DNA of 63,975 nucleotides, the filler included, from Octopus bimaculoides (lineage: Eukaryota): assembly GCF_001194135.2 (NCBI RefSeq). It is 6 parts of 5 records of this genome, joined end to end, with 100 filler letters (N's around TTAATTAATTAA, not from the genome) between each part and the next. Parts side by side here need not be neighbours in the genome. Positions count along the whole stretch, not along the records: positions 1 to 19,573 come from NC_068986.1; 5 more parts are not named here. One strand, given 5' to 3'. Below are positions 1-12,489 of the stretch, one piece after another. A program made the position numbers and the translations under genes. The notes below the pieces were generated by a model that worked only from the letters and a program-made list of their open reading frames with translations, was not told where the DNA came from and did not search any database. Position 1 is the stretch's first letter. The number at the start of each line of letters is the position of its first letter.

Positions 1-39
<39 letters not shown>

Positions 40-351
40 ATATGTGTGTGTGTGTGCAGCACCCATACCATTATTCACACACCTACACATTACAGATGCA
101 CACACTTACACATCAAAGTCACCAGCCCCTATCCACACACACACTCACACACACATAGACACTTACACATTCTCACATACACGCACACACACATGCACCT
201 TCGTTTTGGGGTCACCAGTACTTTATTATCTCCCCTTCTTCCTAGCTCTCTTACCTAACCATCTTTGTCCAACCAGTTGCCATGATTGACCACTGACTCC
301 ACAAGTTTTTTTTTTAAATTTTATTCTTTCTCTGTTTATTTCCTCATGTTC

Positions 352-387
352 CTTTCTGTTGAAGAGCGTAGGCTCAAAACGTAAAAG
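352..387 (+). ncRNA. Decayed minimal type I hammerhead-like motif
   Basis: CTTT-CTG(T)TGA-A-GAGC/GTAG/GCTC-(A)AAA-CG-TA-AAAG. Stem I CTTT/AAAG, stem II 4 bp, palindromic stem III ACGT; two core substitutions. Confidence 0.5.
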
Positions 388-626
388 AATTTCTCACCTT
401 CCTGAGCATCAAACTAACACACCTGCTTGATGTTTATACACCTGTCTTCATCTTTTGTTTTTATGTAAATTTCAANNNNNNNNNNGATACAAAGAAAACA
501 AGAACGGGTCATTCGGAGTTTTCTTTCCTCAGTTGAGTTCCAGGTTATCTTTGCAATTTCGGCTGGTTATATATATATATATATATATCTGTATATATGT
601 AAATATATATACATATGTATATATAA

Positions 627-679
<53 letters not shown>

Positions 680-739
680 CATAAATCAAAAATCAAAAAT
701 CAAAAATCACAATCAGAATCTCAATCAAATGGAAATTGT

Positions 740-1167
740 AGTTGTGGCCGATGTCAGTGCCGCCTGACTGGTTCCCATGCTGGTGGCACGCATGAAGTAC
801 CATTCATGCATGGGTCATTGCAAATGACTTCTGACGGGCTCCCTGTGCTGGTGGCACATAAAAAGCACCATCTGAATGTGGTCGATGCCAGCCCCTCACC
901 CCGACTGGCTACTGTGCCAGTAGCATGTAAAAAGCACCACCTGAACATGACTGATGCCAGTGCCGCCTCACTGGCTCCTGTGCCAGTGGCACATAAAAAG
1001 CACCCACTACATTCTCAGAATGGTTGGCGTTAGGAAGGGCATCCAGCTGTAGAAACATTGCCAGATCAGACTTAAGCTTGGTGCAGCCTCCTGGCTTGCC
1101 AGTCCCCAGTCAAATCGTCCAACCCATGCCAGCATGGACAACAGACGTTAAATGATGATGATGATAT
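740..1167 (+). mobile_element. Repeat family D (retroposon with (GAT)n tail)
   Basis: GGTTGGCGTTAGGAAGGGCATCCAGCTGTAGAAAC...GACGTTAAATGATGATG, with about 60-nt internal tandem units GTGCCAGTGGCACATAAAAAGCACC. Other copies at 4965-5190(-), 49940-50170(-), 50290-50430(-), 55725-55912(+). Confidence 0.75.
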
Positions 1168-1893
1168 ATATATGTATGTATGTATGGACATGTAAGAATG
1201 TATTCCACGCACACTCACAGATTTACATTTGAGATAGAATATTTATGCAAGTGCACATACTTAAGCAATGTAAATTGTAGAGTATCTAAGCAACATTATA
1301 ATATTTCATATATCACCTTCGTTGATAAGAAAAATCCTTCTATGACATATATAGAAAAAAGAAAAGGGAATGTTTTTGTTTATTGGTGAGCTGAATTCAA
1401 AGAAGTTTGTTTTTAACTAATATTTTATTTTAAAGGTCAATATTTCCCAAGTTATAAATAAACTTAGTCAAGAGAACATTTTTCTGGGGTTTTTTTCAGA
1501 AAACTGTTATAGACTTGTTGGCTGTTAGTGTTGTTGTTTTAATAATACTATCATACAAGTTTGCAAGCTTATTGACACAAACCGGACCTAGCAAAAATTC
1601 CATTATGACAATCTACGCAAACAACAATGGTAGGGGGTGCTATGCTATAAGGCAGTTGTGATAAAACATTTTTTTTTTATTTAATTCTTTTTATTCTTAT
1701 AGTTTCTCTCTCTCTCTCTCTTTCTTTCCCTCTCTCTCCTTCAAATACTTTCATCCACTCCTAAACCTCTATGGATCCATTCATATATTTTTCTTATATT
1801 TCATTACCTTTGATTCTAAGTAAAGCAAGAATGACCTGGATCAAAATAACTATTGCTTGAGATTGATCCACATATGTATTTAGACACACACGC

Positions 1894-1931
<38 letters not shown>

Positions 1932-2228
1932 GTATAAATATGAACAAACAGGGTTGATGGTTTGGTTAAGAAGTTCACTTTACAACTGTGAGATTTTGTG
2001 AGGTGTTTTTCATAGAAGCTTAAATCCCGCTCTAGGTTTAAACTAAACTTGTATAAAACCATGGCTAAAAAAAAAAAGTTATATAGATGAAAATCTTCAT
2101 GGAAGGGCTAAAATCTTCTTAATATTTTTTTTAATGAGACCTTGTATTTTTCAATTTGGAAACTACTGATTTAGGGTTTGATCTCATTGTGTAGCACTTT
2201 AGCCAAGTATTTTGTCTCATGACCACAG

Positions 2229-2293
2229 ATCAACCAAAGCATGTTGAGAGAAGTGTGCAAGGCAGAAACTGCTGGAAAGACTATCCTTATTTG
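2229..2293 (+). CDS. Candidate exon of unidentified plus-strand gene (phase 1-0)
   Basis: tattttgtctcatgaccacag|...TTG|gtaggt; open frame (D)QPKHVERSVQGRNCWKDYPYL; its phase 0 end fits exon 6891. Confidence 0.45.
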
Positions 2294-2380
2294 GTAGGTG
2301 GTAGATTTTATCTGTTGCCCCATTTGACGTCACCATCTGACCTTCATTGTCTTTGGCAGAGTCTACTTTATTGCAAGTAT

Positions 2381-2619
2381 TTAATCCTTTAGCATTTAAA
2401 CCAACCATGTCTGGCCTTAATATTCTTCTTGTTTTATTTTCAAACTGGCCAGATCCAGCCTCTCACATCTCTATCCTACAGTGTCAGTTTAAAAATAAAC
2501 TATCACTTCATTGAAATCTTGATGCTACAAGATCATGCATGGTTAATTCAAAACAATGTGAACAATGTGGTTAAATAAGCACAACATTTGACAGAATAAT
2601 CTGAATGCTAGAAAGTTAA
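2381..2619 (+). mobile_element. piggyBac-like MITE, family copy 1
   Basis: TTAA-tcctttagcatt...aatgctagaaag-TTAA; degenerate TIR, TTAA flanks. Confidence 0.65.
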
Positions 2620-2816
2620 CCTAGGTTTTGGTCTGAGGATAACTTTCTCATTTCCTTGTATCGATCATGGAAGTACTAAAAAATATGGTCATATTTGTTC
2701 ACTTTTCTACTCGGAACAAGCAGTTTAAAAAATGGATGTGCAAATGCACGCACATATACGTTTATATGTACATACAAACAAATAGTCCTTGAAGTTACCT
2801 GTTCAAAGGAACATGA

Positions 2817-4493
2817 TTAATCTTCTAGCATTTAAACCAGCCATATTTGGCCCAAATATTTTACCTGTTTTATGTTAAGGCTCTCCTGATCCAACCTCTC
2901 ACAGGTACTTTACAATGTCATTCTAAAAGACATACAAACACATTGTTGAAATCTTGAAAGTAATCTATCTATATATATAAAAATGAGAATGTGTGTCTGT
3001 CTGTCTGTCTGTCTGTCTGTGTGAATCCCTAAAACTCGAGAACTACGCAACCAATTTCATTCAAATTTTACACATGCCTTACTTAGGGTTCCAGTTGTGT
3101 TTTAGTCAAAAAATTTTTTTAACTTCTTGCAGAGTTCGAGCCCACGGCAACATAATATCTCCTCCACTATTTAAGTATTACGTGTCAAAAGTGAAACAAA
3201 AACACTCATGTCAAATACTTTCACTTTAAAAATGAAACTATTCTACTAACTGAAACAATCGCATTTCGATACTGTAATGACAGANNNNNNNNNNNNNNNN
3301 NNNNNNNNNNNNNNNNNNNNNNNNNNNNNNNNNNNNNNNNNNNNNNNNNNNNNNNNNNNNNNNNNNNNNNNNNNNNNNNNNNNNNNNNNNNNNNNNNNNN
3401 NNNNNNNNNNNNNNNNNNNNNNNNNNNNNNNNNNNNNNNNNNNNNNNNNNNNNNNNNNNNNNNNNNNNNNNNNNNNNNNNNNNNNNNNNNNNNNNNNNNN
3501 NNNNNNNNNNNNNNNNNNNNNNNNNNNNNNNNNNNNNNNNNNNNNNNNNNNNNNNNNNNNNNNNNNNNNNNNNNNNNNNNNNNNNNNNNNNNNNNNNNNN
3601 NNNNNNNNNNNNNNNNNNNNNNNNNNNNNNNNNNNNNNNNNNNNNNNNNNNNNNNNNNNNNNNNNNNNNNNNNNNNNNNNNNNNNNNNNNNNNNNNNNNN
3701 NNNNNNNNNNNNNNNNNNNNNNNNNNNNNNNNNNNNNNNNNNNNNNNNNNNNNNNNNNNNNNNNNNNNNNNNNNNNNNNNNNNNNNNNNNNNNNNNNNNN
3801 NNNNNNNNNNNNNNNNNNNNNNNNNNNNNNNNNNNNNNNNNNNNNNNNNNNNNNNNNNNNNNNNNNNNNNNNNNNNNNNNNNNNNNNNNNNNNNNNNNNN
3901 NNNNNNNNNNNNNNNNNNNNNNNNNNNNNNNNNNNNNNNNNNNNNNNNNNNNNNNNNNNNNNNNNNNNNNNNNNNNNNNNNNNNNNNNNNNNNNNNNNNN
4001 NNNNNNNATTTGTAATTCAACGGTACAACAGTGTAAGACTACCCTTTCAGATATACTTACATTGGGATTTCTGCAATGTGGTGCATAAATTGTCAAATAA
4101 ATGAGACGCGTCTTTGCCTCCACTGATTCACTTGCAAAGTGTTGAGTAAAATTATTTCGTTGCAGACCTCCTTTGGGTCTTTTTATTATCACTGCGACAC
4201 ACATAGTCCCCAGTTGGTAACATTGATTTCAAGGCCCTCCTAGATGAGAGACTGGCATTCCACTTAATGTCTCTGTTCCATGCTGGCATGGATTGGAGAG
4301 TTATTAATGTAGAAATATGGTATCGTAGCTACTAACAGTTGAGGGTTGCGTAGTCTAGACGGCGTTTTTAGATTTCATTATTCTCTTTAACCCGGGCAAA
4401 GCCGGATATTTCTGCTAGTGCATAATAAATTCAAAACGATGTGAATATGCAAACAATACATTCGACAAAGAAAGCTGAATGCTAAAGGTTTAA
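2817..4493 (+). mobile_element. piggyBac-like MITE, copy 2, split by the Helitron
   Basis: 5' half 2817-2963 and 3' half 4419-4493 rejoin (gtaa|tgcat) into a sequence colinear with copies 1, 3 and 5. Confidence 0.7.
2964..4418 (+). mobile_element. Non-autonomous Helitron (contains assembly gap)
   Basis: 5' TCTATCTATATATATAAAAATGAG followed by (TCTG)n; 3' GC-rich hairpin CCCGGGCAAAGCCGG then CTAG; inserted between A and T with no TSD, all established Helitron hallmarks. Confidence 0.8.
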
Positions 4494-5631
4494 AGCCAGT
4501 TAGAAGAAAAAAGAACTTAAAAGTGTTAGGATTAAATATCAAAATGTTTTATTAAATTAGTGAATCAATAAGAAATCTCCTTTTTCCAGAACTCACTTTT
4601 AATAAAACCTGCACACACACGCACGCACGCACACACACACACACACACACATACACATTATTGTGGAGATTGTCAAGTTCAGTACTTCAGGGACTGGTAG
4701 TTTCATCTTAAGACAGACTGTGGGACATTTATTTAGAAGTGTAAAGAGTGTGTGTGGTGTAATTTTTTTTTTTTTGTGGGGCTGTTTTTTTATTTTTGTT
4801 TTGTTTTATTTGAACACACCAAAGTTTTGTGGGTTTGTTTGGAGATATATGTGTGAAGAGGCAGGATTATGAAGTGTGTAGGTATAAGTTTTAGTGGTTA
4901 TGAGAAATGATAACAAAGATAGATAAGTTTAATTTGTCATTCAATGGGATGATGTTGTTGTCATCATCATCATCATCATTATCATTATCATCACCCTTTT
5001 TTTTATCTGTTTTCCATGTGATATGGGTTGAATAGTTTGACAGGGACTGGCAAGCCAGAGGACTGCACCAAGTCTGCTTTGGTATAGTTTCTATGGCTAC
5101 ATGTTCTTACTAATGCCGACCACTTTACTAACTGTACTGGGTGCTTTTTACGTGCCACCAGCACCAGTGAGGTCACTAGGTAACTTGTAAGGCAAAGATA
5201 CTTCAACTGAGAATGCAACTGAGTGGGCATGTAAGTTTGTGAAAATAAAGTTCAATGGTGCAAGATCATGTTAAAGAGCTTCTTTCTTTTGTCCAAGTGA
5301 GCATGATTGATATTAGTTTTAGAAAGTGAAGACAACTTGTTCTTGAAGGTTTTCTGGAAACTGTTTACAATTTTGGAGTAGGTAATGTTCCTTATTAATT
5401 GGAAGAGGGTTGCAAAATGTATGTTGAACTGTGGATATTTTGCTATTCTGAAGCCGAATTTGGATTTAGATGAAGATATAAATTTATTGAAATTGTATCA
5501 AGTAAAATTATCAGAGAAATTCATATATTTTGATATCTTTGCAGAGATGTATAGTATAACTTAAGTATTGAAGCTTAGATTAAATTTTCTTATATTTACA
5601 TACAAAAGTTTTGAATGTAAATATAAGAAAA

Positions 5632-5867
5632 TTAACCCTTTAGCATTTAAACTGACCATATCCAGCCCAAATATTCTACTTGTTTTATGTTAAAACTGGT
5701 GAGATCCAGCCTCTCACACCTACCCTAAAATAAACAATCTAAAATTCTAAAATAAACAATCATGTCATCAAAATCCCAAGGCTATGAGATAATGCATGAT
5801 TAATGCAAAGCAATGTGAATAAATAAGCATTGCATTTAACAGGATAATCTGAGGGCTACAGGGTTAA
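5632..5867 (+). mobile_element. piggyBac-like MITE, copy 3
   Basis: TTAA-CCCTTTAGCATT...gctacaGGG-TTAA. Confidence 0.7.
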
Positions 5868-6069
5868 TAAAGGTCTCAGTTCTGAAGATGAACAGCATTT
5901 GCTGTTTTATTGTGACAGTTTGAACTTCTATTTCTGCACAAGTGCATGCTTGCAACTTTATTTGTAGGCCATAAGCAAACAAAAGATTAATTTTGGGGAA
6001 GATAGGAGACAAACAGCAGGGATTATGGGGCCTTCATGCAGCAGTGCTGCTGACTCCAAGAGAAAGGCT

Positions 6070-6240
6070 TGAGGGGGTTATCTACCCTTGGGGGTCCCAC
6101 GATCGATGTATGGAAAAATAAAATAGCCTACGACATGTAATAGGACTTCGGAAATCTACGTATGAGATTTGGTGCAAATCGGTTGTAAAATGTAGAAATG
6201 CATGCAGTTACACAGACAGACATCTTCTGTGTTATAGATT
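6070..6240 (-). mobile_element. Probable Helitron-like non-autonomous 5' end fragment
   Basis: atttggtgcaaatcggttg...acagacagacatc...ttataga, the reverse orientation of a TCTATA...(TCTG)n-type Helitron start. Confidence 0.35.
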
Positions 6241-6338
6241 ATGCCAATATATTTTACGTAACAACAAAGACAGTCATTTGAGATCTTTTGAATTACCACT
6301 TATAACCTCTTATTTTTCTCCAATATCTNNNNNNNNNN

Positions 6339-6391
<53 letters not shown>

Positions 6392-6890
6392 CAACAGACC
6401 ATATCCAGTGATCACTTTTAATAAAATATCATCAGTTGAAGGAGGGTTTTGAAAAGATACCCACTTAACAGGAATCTCTTCTAACAACACATTATCCATA
6501 ATGCTCATCTTTTATATCAACAATCAATAAGATGAGCCAAGGCAGCATCCGCATAGCCATGTGGTCATTAGACCAGCTAGAAATAGCAACCAAATTCTTT
6601 CAATAACACTCTGCTATCTTAAAAAAACCCCAAAAGATACATTGTATGATGCAGTCTTTCAGATGGGATTGTCAAGGCTGAAACCTTTAGTCATAAGTCT
6701 TCCTATTCAGTACCAACCTAGGGTCAAATAACAATGACTATGATTACATTTTATCTGTAACCTATTTTCTACTCTGTATTTTTACATGGTTGGTATCATA
6801 GCTAATGCAGATTAACAGTTTTCTTTTTGTATCCCTGATATTATTAGCATTTTAATTTTCTCTGATATTACTAGCATTTTAATTTTCAAG

Positions 6891-7004
6891 GATAATCTGT
6901 GTTCTTCCAAAAGGGTTACCTTTTCTGATACCAGTAACCATTTCAATTTTACAACAGCATTTTCAAATCCATCCAACCATCCATCTTTTCTGCCCTGGAC
7001 TGAA
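6891..7004 (+). CDS. Candidate exon of unidentified plus-strand gene (phase 0-0)
   Basis: attttaattttcaag|...GAA|gtaggg; 114 nt; DNLCSSKRVTFSDTSNHFNFTTAFSNPSNHPSFLPWTE. Confidence 0.55.
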
Positions 7005-7276
7005 GTAGGGTATATCTAAAAACCAAGATGTATGTATTGTTTTCATATTTGCTAACTCCATGTGTTAGGTCTGTTGAAACAGAACTAGGTATATTCAACA
7101 ACTAATGAAAATTTTCTGGGGGCCTCAGATACATAGGGTTGGCTGGATACCTGCAGGCCTGGTGATTTTTATTCTTTATTGTTTTTTTTTTACATGTGGC
7201 AGACTGACTGTTACACCTGAATGCAAATCTCCCCTCTCCATGCCACCAGTGTTGACTAAGGAAAAGAACCTCTCCC

Positions 7277-7518
7277 TTAACCCCTTTACTGTGAAAAGAT
7301 AGACCCACTCAAAATTTCATAACCCTTAACTGAGAAAAGCAATTTTTTTTATAGAAATCTATCTTTTGCTGAGAAATGTTTGAAATAATTTTCTGTTGAG
7401 AAATGTCAAGTTTATTGAGACAACATGACTTACAGAAAATACCAATTCTATTTTTTGGTAGATTTTTAACGTCGTTACTGGAATAACTCTGTATCTAATT
7501 TCACAGTTGAAGGGTTAA
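7277..7518. mobile_element. Second TTAA-flanked MITE (piggyBac-like)
   Basis: TTAA-CCCCTTTACTGTGA...TCACAGTTGAAGGG-TTAA, imperfect TIR. Confidence 0.5.
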
Positions 7519-7564
7519 AGCTGATACAGTTTGGTACACGTGTCAGGAATGGCATTGCTGTTAG

Positions 7565-7643
7565 ATTGGACCGGAACAGATAGCACAAAGCACCCTGCTC
7601 AATGCTTTAACACTTTTGCCAATTGAAGGAGTGATGTATATGG
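7565..7643 (+). CDS. Candidate exon of unidentified plus-strand gene (phase 0-1)
   Basis: ctgttag|...ATG G|gtgagt (consensus donor); IGPEQIAQSTLLNALTLLPIEGVMYM(G). Confidence 0.65.
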
Positions 7644-8329
7644 GTGAGTGAGGATAGGGATCGGCCTTGCTAGAATGTTCACTCTTACCTCACTAGTATT
7701 TTATTTGGTTTTAGAATTAAATCATAATTTTACCCAGATTCTGAGAATTTGACATTGTTTGTATAAGTAATTGTAGATGTTGGTAAGTGCAATGATTCTT
7801 TCAGGCATTAAGTATTTTAGTTATTGTTTTTTTTTTTTTTTTGAGTGTGATTTTGTTTGGCTCTGTGGTTTCTTGAGTTTTTAGATCTTCCTATTGCTTT
7901 ACATGTATTTAATGGTTGATTTTTTTGTTGTTGTTGTTGTAAAATGTTTTGCTACTTACTGTGCATAGTGTTTTACTGGTAGTTTTGTGGTTTATGTTGG
8001 ATTCAAATATCTGCCAGTTCTCACTTTTCCATGATTCATTTATTCTTACTTCCTTGTTTAATTGTTTGATGTTGAGTTTCATTCCAGTTGTGTGTGGTTT
8101 TGGCTATTGTCTTTGAGACTGAGTCTAGTTTGCATGAAGTTGCTATTTCTGGTGTATAATTAGAACAGTATTTTTTTATGTTGTTTTGTGGAATATGTCT
8201 GTTTTACATACATCTATAATTAATTCATTGAATATATGTGTTGCGGTGTCTGTTTGTGATTGTGATATTGCTAAATTCTGAAAGCCTTGATTCTGTTTCT
8301 TGCTACAACACATTCTAATCTGCTTTTCT

Positions 8330-8680
8330 GAAGTTTGTAAACATACTTTTGCTTTCTTCATTGACGATGGTTGGCATGTAGTCCGAAGAAAGTTTGAGGA
8401 TTGTTTGCAAAGTGGGAGTTAGATGTGAGGAGCATAAGTTGATGCCTGGTGAAAAAGCATTGTAGCTGGCTTGATGAGATATATGCGTGTAGACATGAAT
8501 CGTTTAGGATATAAAGGGAGTCTAAATGCAATGATATTATGTCACATTTCTTGTTATCTGTTAATATTATGAAACCAGAAGGTTTTGAGTGCAATGAAGT
8601 CTCCTCCAGGGTTAGTGATGGTAGTGTTTGTAAGAATGTTATAATTTACAGCTGAGGTGTGCAACCTGATGGGTTAGTTA
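8330..8680 (-). mobile_element. Highly decayed LINE APE endonuclease fragment
   Basis: GGDFIA (compare GDFNA), LHAYISSS (compare LDRIYIS) and SDY (compare SDH) in the correct order across frameshifts. Confidence 0.4.
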
Positions 8681-8767
8681 GTGAGGTCAGTGTATAAATA
8701 AATAAATATATAAATCATCATCCTCATAAATAAATATAAATGTGTGTGTGTGTGTGCGTGTGTGTGT

Positions 8768-8805
<38 letters not shown>

Positions 8806-9921
8806 GTGCGTGTGTGTGTTATATTAATGTACTTCACACTGCAGTTTTATTTTGAAAGTTTGCATTTCTAGTGTCGTGTTATTTTCTGTTTCCTTGGAAA
8901 TATTTGTGATAATTGGGGCGTTCTGGTAGCAAAAATGCTCCCAGAATTATCATTTCTGAATGTTGTGAGTGATGACAAAAATAATTGAGTTACACATAGG
9001 TGTTTTTAATGTTGTTAATGTTGAATTTGCAATTTTTTTTTCATATACTACAAAGTTAATTTTTTGTGCATGAAATGTTTATTTTAAACTGTACTCTGTG
9101 GACATGTCACTTCAGGAAGGAAGATAACAATAATACCTCCTGTTTTTATCATCGTTATTGCTACCATTGTTACTATTATTTTACCTGTAGAGATGTGTAT
9201 GTTATGGTTTATTTGGAAATGTGGTTTGGTAGTATTTGTGTGAATATTTCAAAGACTTAACTTTCTAGAGGCCTTAGTGCCTATTTCATGCAGAGTTATA
9301 ACTACTGTCGTTCTTCAAAGATATTTGAACATAACCCTCCAACTACTCGATCCTCTAATCTTGATCATCTTTTTTTTTCTGACAAATTATATTCAGTATT
9401 TGTTTATCTTGTAAATTCAGCCATTTTTGAAGACAGTAGGATAGAATTTGAAGTAGGCTTGTCTACTGCAATTTTTTGCAGGTTGAGTGACCACGTAGAG
9501 GCTTCTTTCCTAGCTCAAGAATTGTTTCTGCTTGTAATTTACCCAAGTATGTATATCTTCAAAGTTGATATTTACCTTCCATCTATTCAGCATTAATAAA
9601 TAATGTACCAACTATATTTTCAGATCAGTTCAATCAGCTTAATCCCCACCAACTAAACATTTAATCTAGGGCTGCTGTTAAAGTCATTATTAAGTTTAGC
9701 TATTAAGGACATATTTTGCTTTTTAAAATTTATGAGCTTAAAGAAATATTTATTTGCTTCAAGAATACCTTTTCCAGTTTAAAATGTAATCAAAATATAT
9801 CTAGATGTAAAAAGGGACCAATAATACATAGTGCTTAACTTTGGTTACAAGGGGATTAAGCGAATCCCTTCCCCCCAAAATTACTCATCTTCCGAGAGGA
9901 TCTGTTATCTATTTTTGACAG

Positions 9922-10027
9922 GTGAACTACATCACATATCAAACACTTTGATCAACCCCAGTTCCCTAAATATTAACCTAAACATGAACTGCATTGATCT
10001 CACTGACCAGGAGTGCCTGCAACAACT
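9922..10027 (+). CDS. Candidate exon of unidentified plus-strand gene (phase 1-2)
   Basis: ctatttttgacag|...CT|gtgagc; only phase 1 is open: (G)ELHHISNTLINPSSLNINLNMNCIDLTDQECLQQ(L). Confidence 0.65.
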
Positions 10028-10059
10028 GTGAGCATTTGATGGTCTTTGCTCCCCAGGCT

Positions 10060-10079
10060 AAATAATAATAATAATAATG

Positions 10080-10160
<81 letters not shown>

Positions 10161-10208
10161 TAATTATAATTCATGATGATGAGAATGATGATGATGATGA
10201 TGAATTAC

Positions 10209-10260
<52 letters not shown>
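10060..10260. repeat. (AAT)n and (TTA)n microsatellites
   Basis: Direct reading; lies in the intron before the 24-nt microexon. Confidence 0.95.
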
Positions 10261-10391
10261 AAAAGAGCTTTGGTATTGGAGCTTAGCTCCGGTTTTAATT
10301 ATGGTTGTACGTGATAGCTGGTATGCAACAGTATATCCCAAATTAAACTCCTTACATACAGATAAAGAATCACCATTCTTATCTCTTACAG

Positions 10392-10415
10392 GATAGCTAA
10401 GAAGTATAGTGTCAG
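10392..10415 (+). CDS. Candidate 24-nt microexon of the same gene (phase 2-2)
   Basis: ttcttatctcttacag|GATAGCTAAGAAGTATAGTGTCAG|gtaaca; only phase 2 is open (IAKKYSV), which is the phase required by exon 9922-10027. Confidence 0.55.
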
Positions 10416-11867
10416 GTAACAGTTTAAAGAGGAAAGAAAGTTTAAAAGAAGATATATGTCTTTCTCCCCCCCCCTCTCTCTCTCTCTCTCTCGTTCTATG
10501 TGTGTGTGTGTGTGTATATACATACAGACATACACACACCTATTTGTGTGCACAAATGAAAGCGAAACCAGAAACCAACATAACAAGACAATCACACATT
10601 TAGATCTGTTTGTGTTTTGTCAGCCATATGAAAATTTTACTTGAAATTAGAAGAGCCAATGAAGGATCATCTATGTGGTTGTTAAACTTGAAGGAAATAG
10701 CAGCCAAATCAACCCCAACTTACACTTGACTATCTCAGAAAGACAGGACACATTAGATCAATGGTTCTCTAATAATATTTAATAATATTTAATTATAAAA
10801 ACACAATAGGATTTTTTTACACATCAAATGGCTATGAGTATCCAACAGAGAAAATAAGAATCAAGAGGAGCCACAGGTCAGAAAATGGTTCAGAATCACA
10901 GCATTATATAACTTGAAATGATGTAAGTTGAGGTCAGCTTGTGTTTCTATTTCTACATGAGGGTGAGTACTTAGAGTGCTGAACTCACAATGATAGGGTT
11001 GTGGATCCAATTCCTGTACCAGGTAAAATGTTGCATCTATGGTTTCATGCTATTCCAGTCTGTTCAACTGAAAATGGGTATCAGCTGGTGCAACCCTTTC
11101 TGCCTCTAGTTGTCACATCCTGAATGTTCTATAGGATCAAGGGTTGGAAGACTGAGAAGGTGTCTGTGGAATCTCATGACTACAGAGACCCCCTAGAACA
11201 ATTAGTGAAAGCTTGGTACTTGCTACCAAGTCTTACTTGCAAGTGACAACTATGGTTAAATTTTATTTTCAAATTATTAGCTTTCCATCATTTCCCATGA
11301 AATAACTATCTATTTCTCTATCTGGTGCTATTCAAACATTTAAATTGAATTGCTTCTTTAATGACATTACTATATAACTGATCATAAATAATTGGTGACT
11401 ATTGGAGAGAAGGAGAGAGAGAAAATGGGGAGGAAGAGAGAGAGAGATGATTTAGCAACACTCTTATCAATAATGATCTGTTAATCTATGAAATAATCAA
11501 TGACATAGGTTGTTGTTCAACCTCAAGTCAGTCTTCACTAAACAGATCTATAATCAAAGGTGTGTTCTAGCCATCATTATCTCACCTGTGTTTTAAGACA
11601 GTAGGACATGATTGACAGAACTTTGGTTCTTATTTTTAGCCCATTGAGTGCTTACATAGACATTCCCTTTCTAGCTCAATCACATAGGTCTAACTGTGAG
11701 TTGTCAGTAAGCCAAATCAAGGGCTCAGTTTCAATTCCCACTTGAGATTCTTTCACTTTTATTACTTATGCCTTTGTGAAAGACACAACCACAACAAACC
11801 AACAAGGGATTCTCTTTTCACCTCCTGTGTCTTGGCACCTGTGGGTCTACAGGTGTCGTTAGCAGTT

Positions 11868-12101
11868 TTGATCCCTTTAGCATTCAGATTACTCTTTATG
11901 TCAAATGTAATGCTTATTTATTCACGTTTTTTTTTAATTAATCAAGCATCATCTTATAGCTTTAAGAGTTTGATGTGATTATTAATTTTTAGAAGAATGA
12001 CATTATAGGGTAGGGGTGAGAGGCTAGATCTGGCCTGTTTGAACATATAACAGACAGAATACTTGAGCAGGATATGGCCAATTGAAATGCTAGAGGGTTA
12101 A
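11868..12101 (-). mobile_element. piggyBac-like MITE, copy 4 (opposite orientation)
   Basis: ccctttagcattcagattactc...aatgctagaGGG-TTAA; the interior is the reverse complement of copies 1 and 3. Confidence 0.7.
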
Positions 12102-12331
12102 GGCATGTCAAAAAATGCCAAAAGATGTCAGAAAATGCATTACACCCAGGAATATGAACAGTTTAACACTCTCACCTAGCATTTTGTGTGTGCCTTTAGT
12201 GGAGTCTGTTGAGTCACAAGCATTTAAGCCAACTCTACAATTCGAGGACACTTTCCTCCTCTCCCTTTCACCAGTCTTGGAGGTCTTATAAAGGGGTAGG
12301 GTCATGGACATCATGGATAATGCCTTCCCTC

Positions 12332-12489
12332 CAGTAGTGTAGCTGGAGGTTGAACAGTGAGGCAGTCCACCCTGGGTGATGGCCCTCTGGCATCATCTGT
12401 ATAAGCCTGAATATACTTGAGGGCCCAGGAGTTGGGGTTGGCAAACCCAAGGACTACCCTGGGTGGCATACACTCTAGCTATGCCACTG
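12332..12489. mobile_element. Small hAT-like MITE
   Basis: TIR CAGTAGTGTAGCT / AGCTATGCCACTG; flanking 8-mers CTTCCCTC and CTTACTTC (6/8 match), consistent with a decayed 8-bp TSD. Confidence 0.55.

Noticed and set aside
500-540. Minus-strand CTGAGGA-A-AGA/AAAC/TCC-GAAT motif
   Set aside because: Lacks the GAAA...UH closure and a clear stem I; too degenerate to call a hammerhead.
5230-5630. Possible LINE ORF2 C-terminal remnant on the minus strand (TFKNKLSS)
   Set aside because: Only one short motif recognisable; too decayed to support.
6920-7015. Minus-strand 96-nt exon candidate IYPTSVQGRKDGWLDGFENAVVKLKWLLVSEK with good-looking splice sites
   Set aside because: It overlaps plus-strand exon 6891-7004, which fits a five-exon phase-compatible chain, and no minus-strand partner exons were found. 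Not fully excluded.
9288-9596. 102-aa plus-strand ORF
   Set aside because: No recognisable domain; lies in an inferred intron; the minus strand shows frameshifted coding-like fragments, so more likely a decayed repeat.
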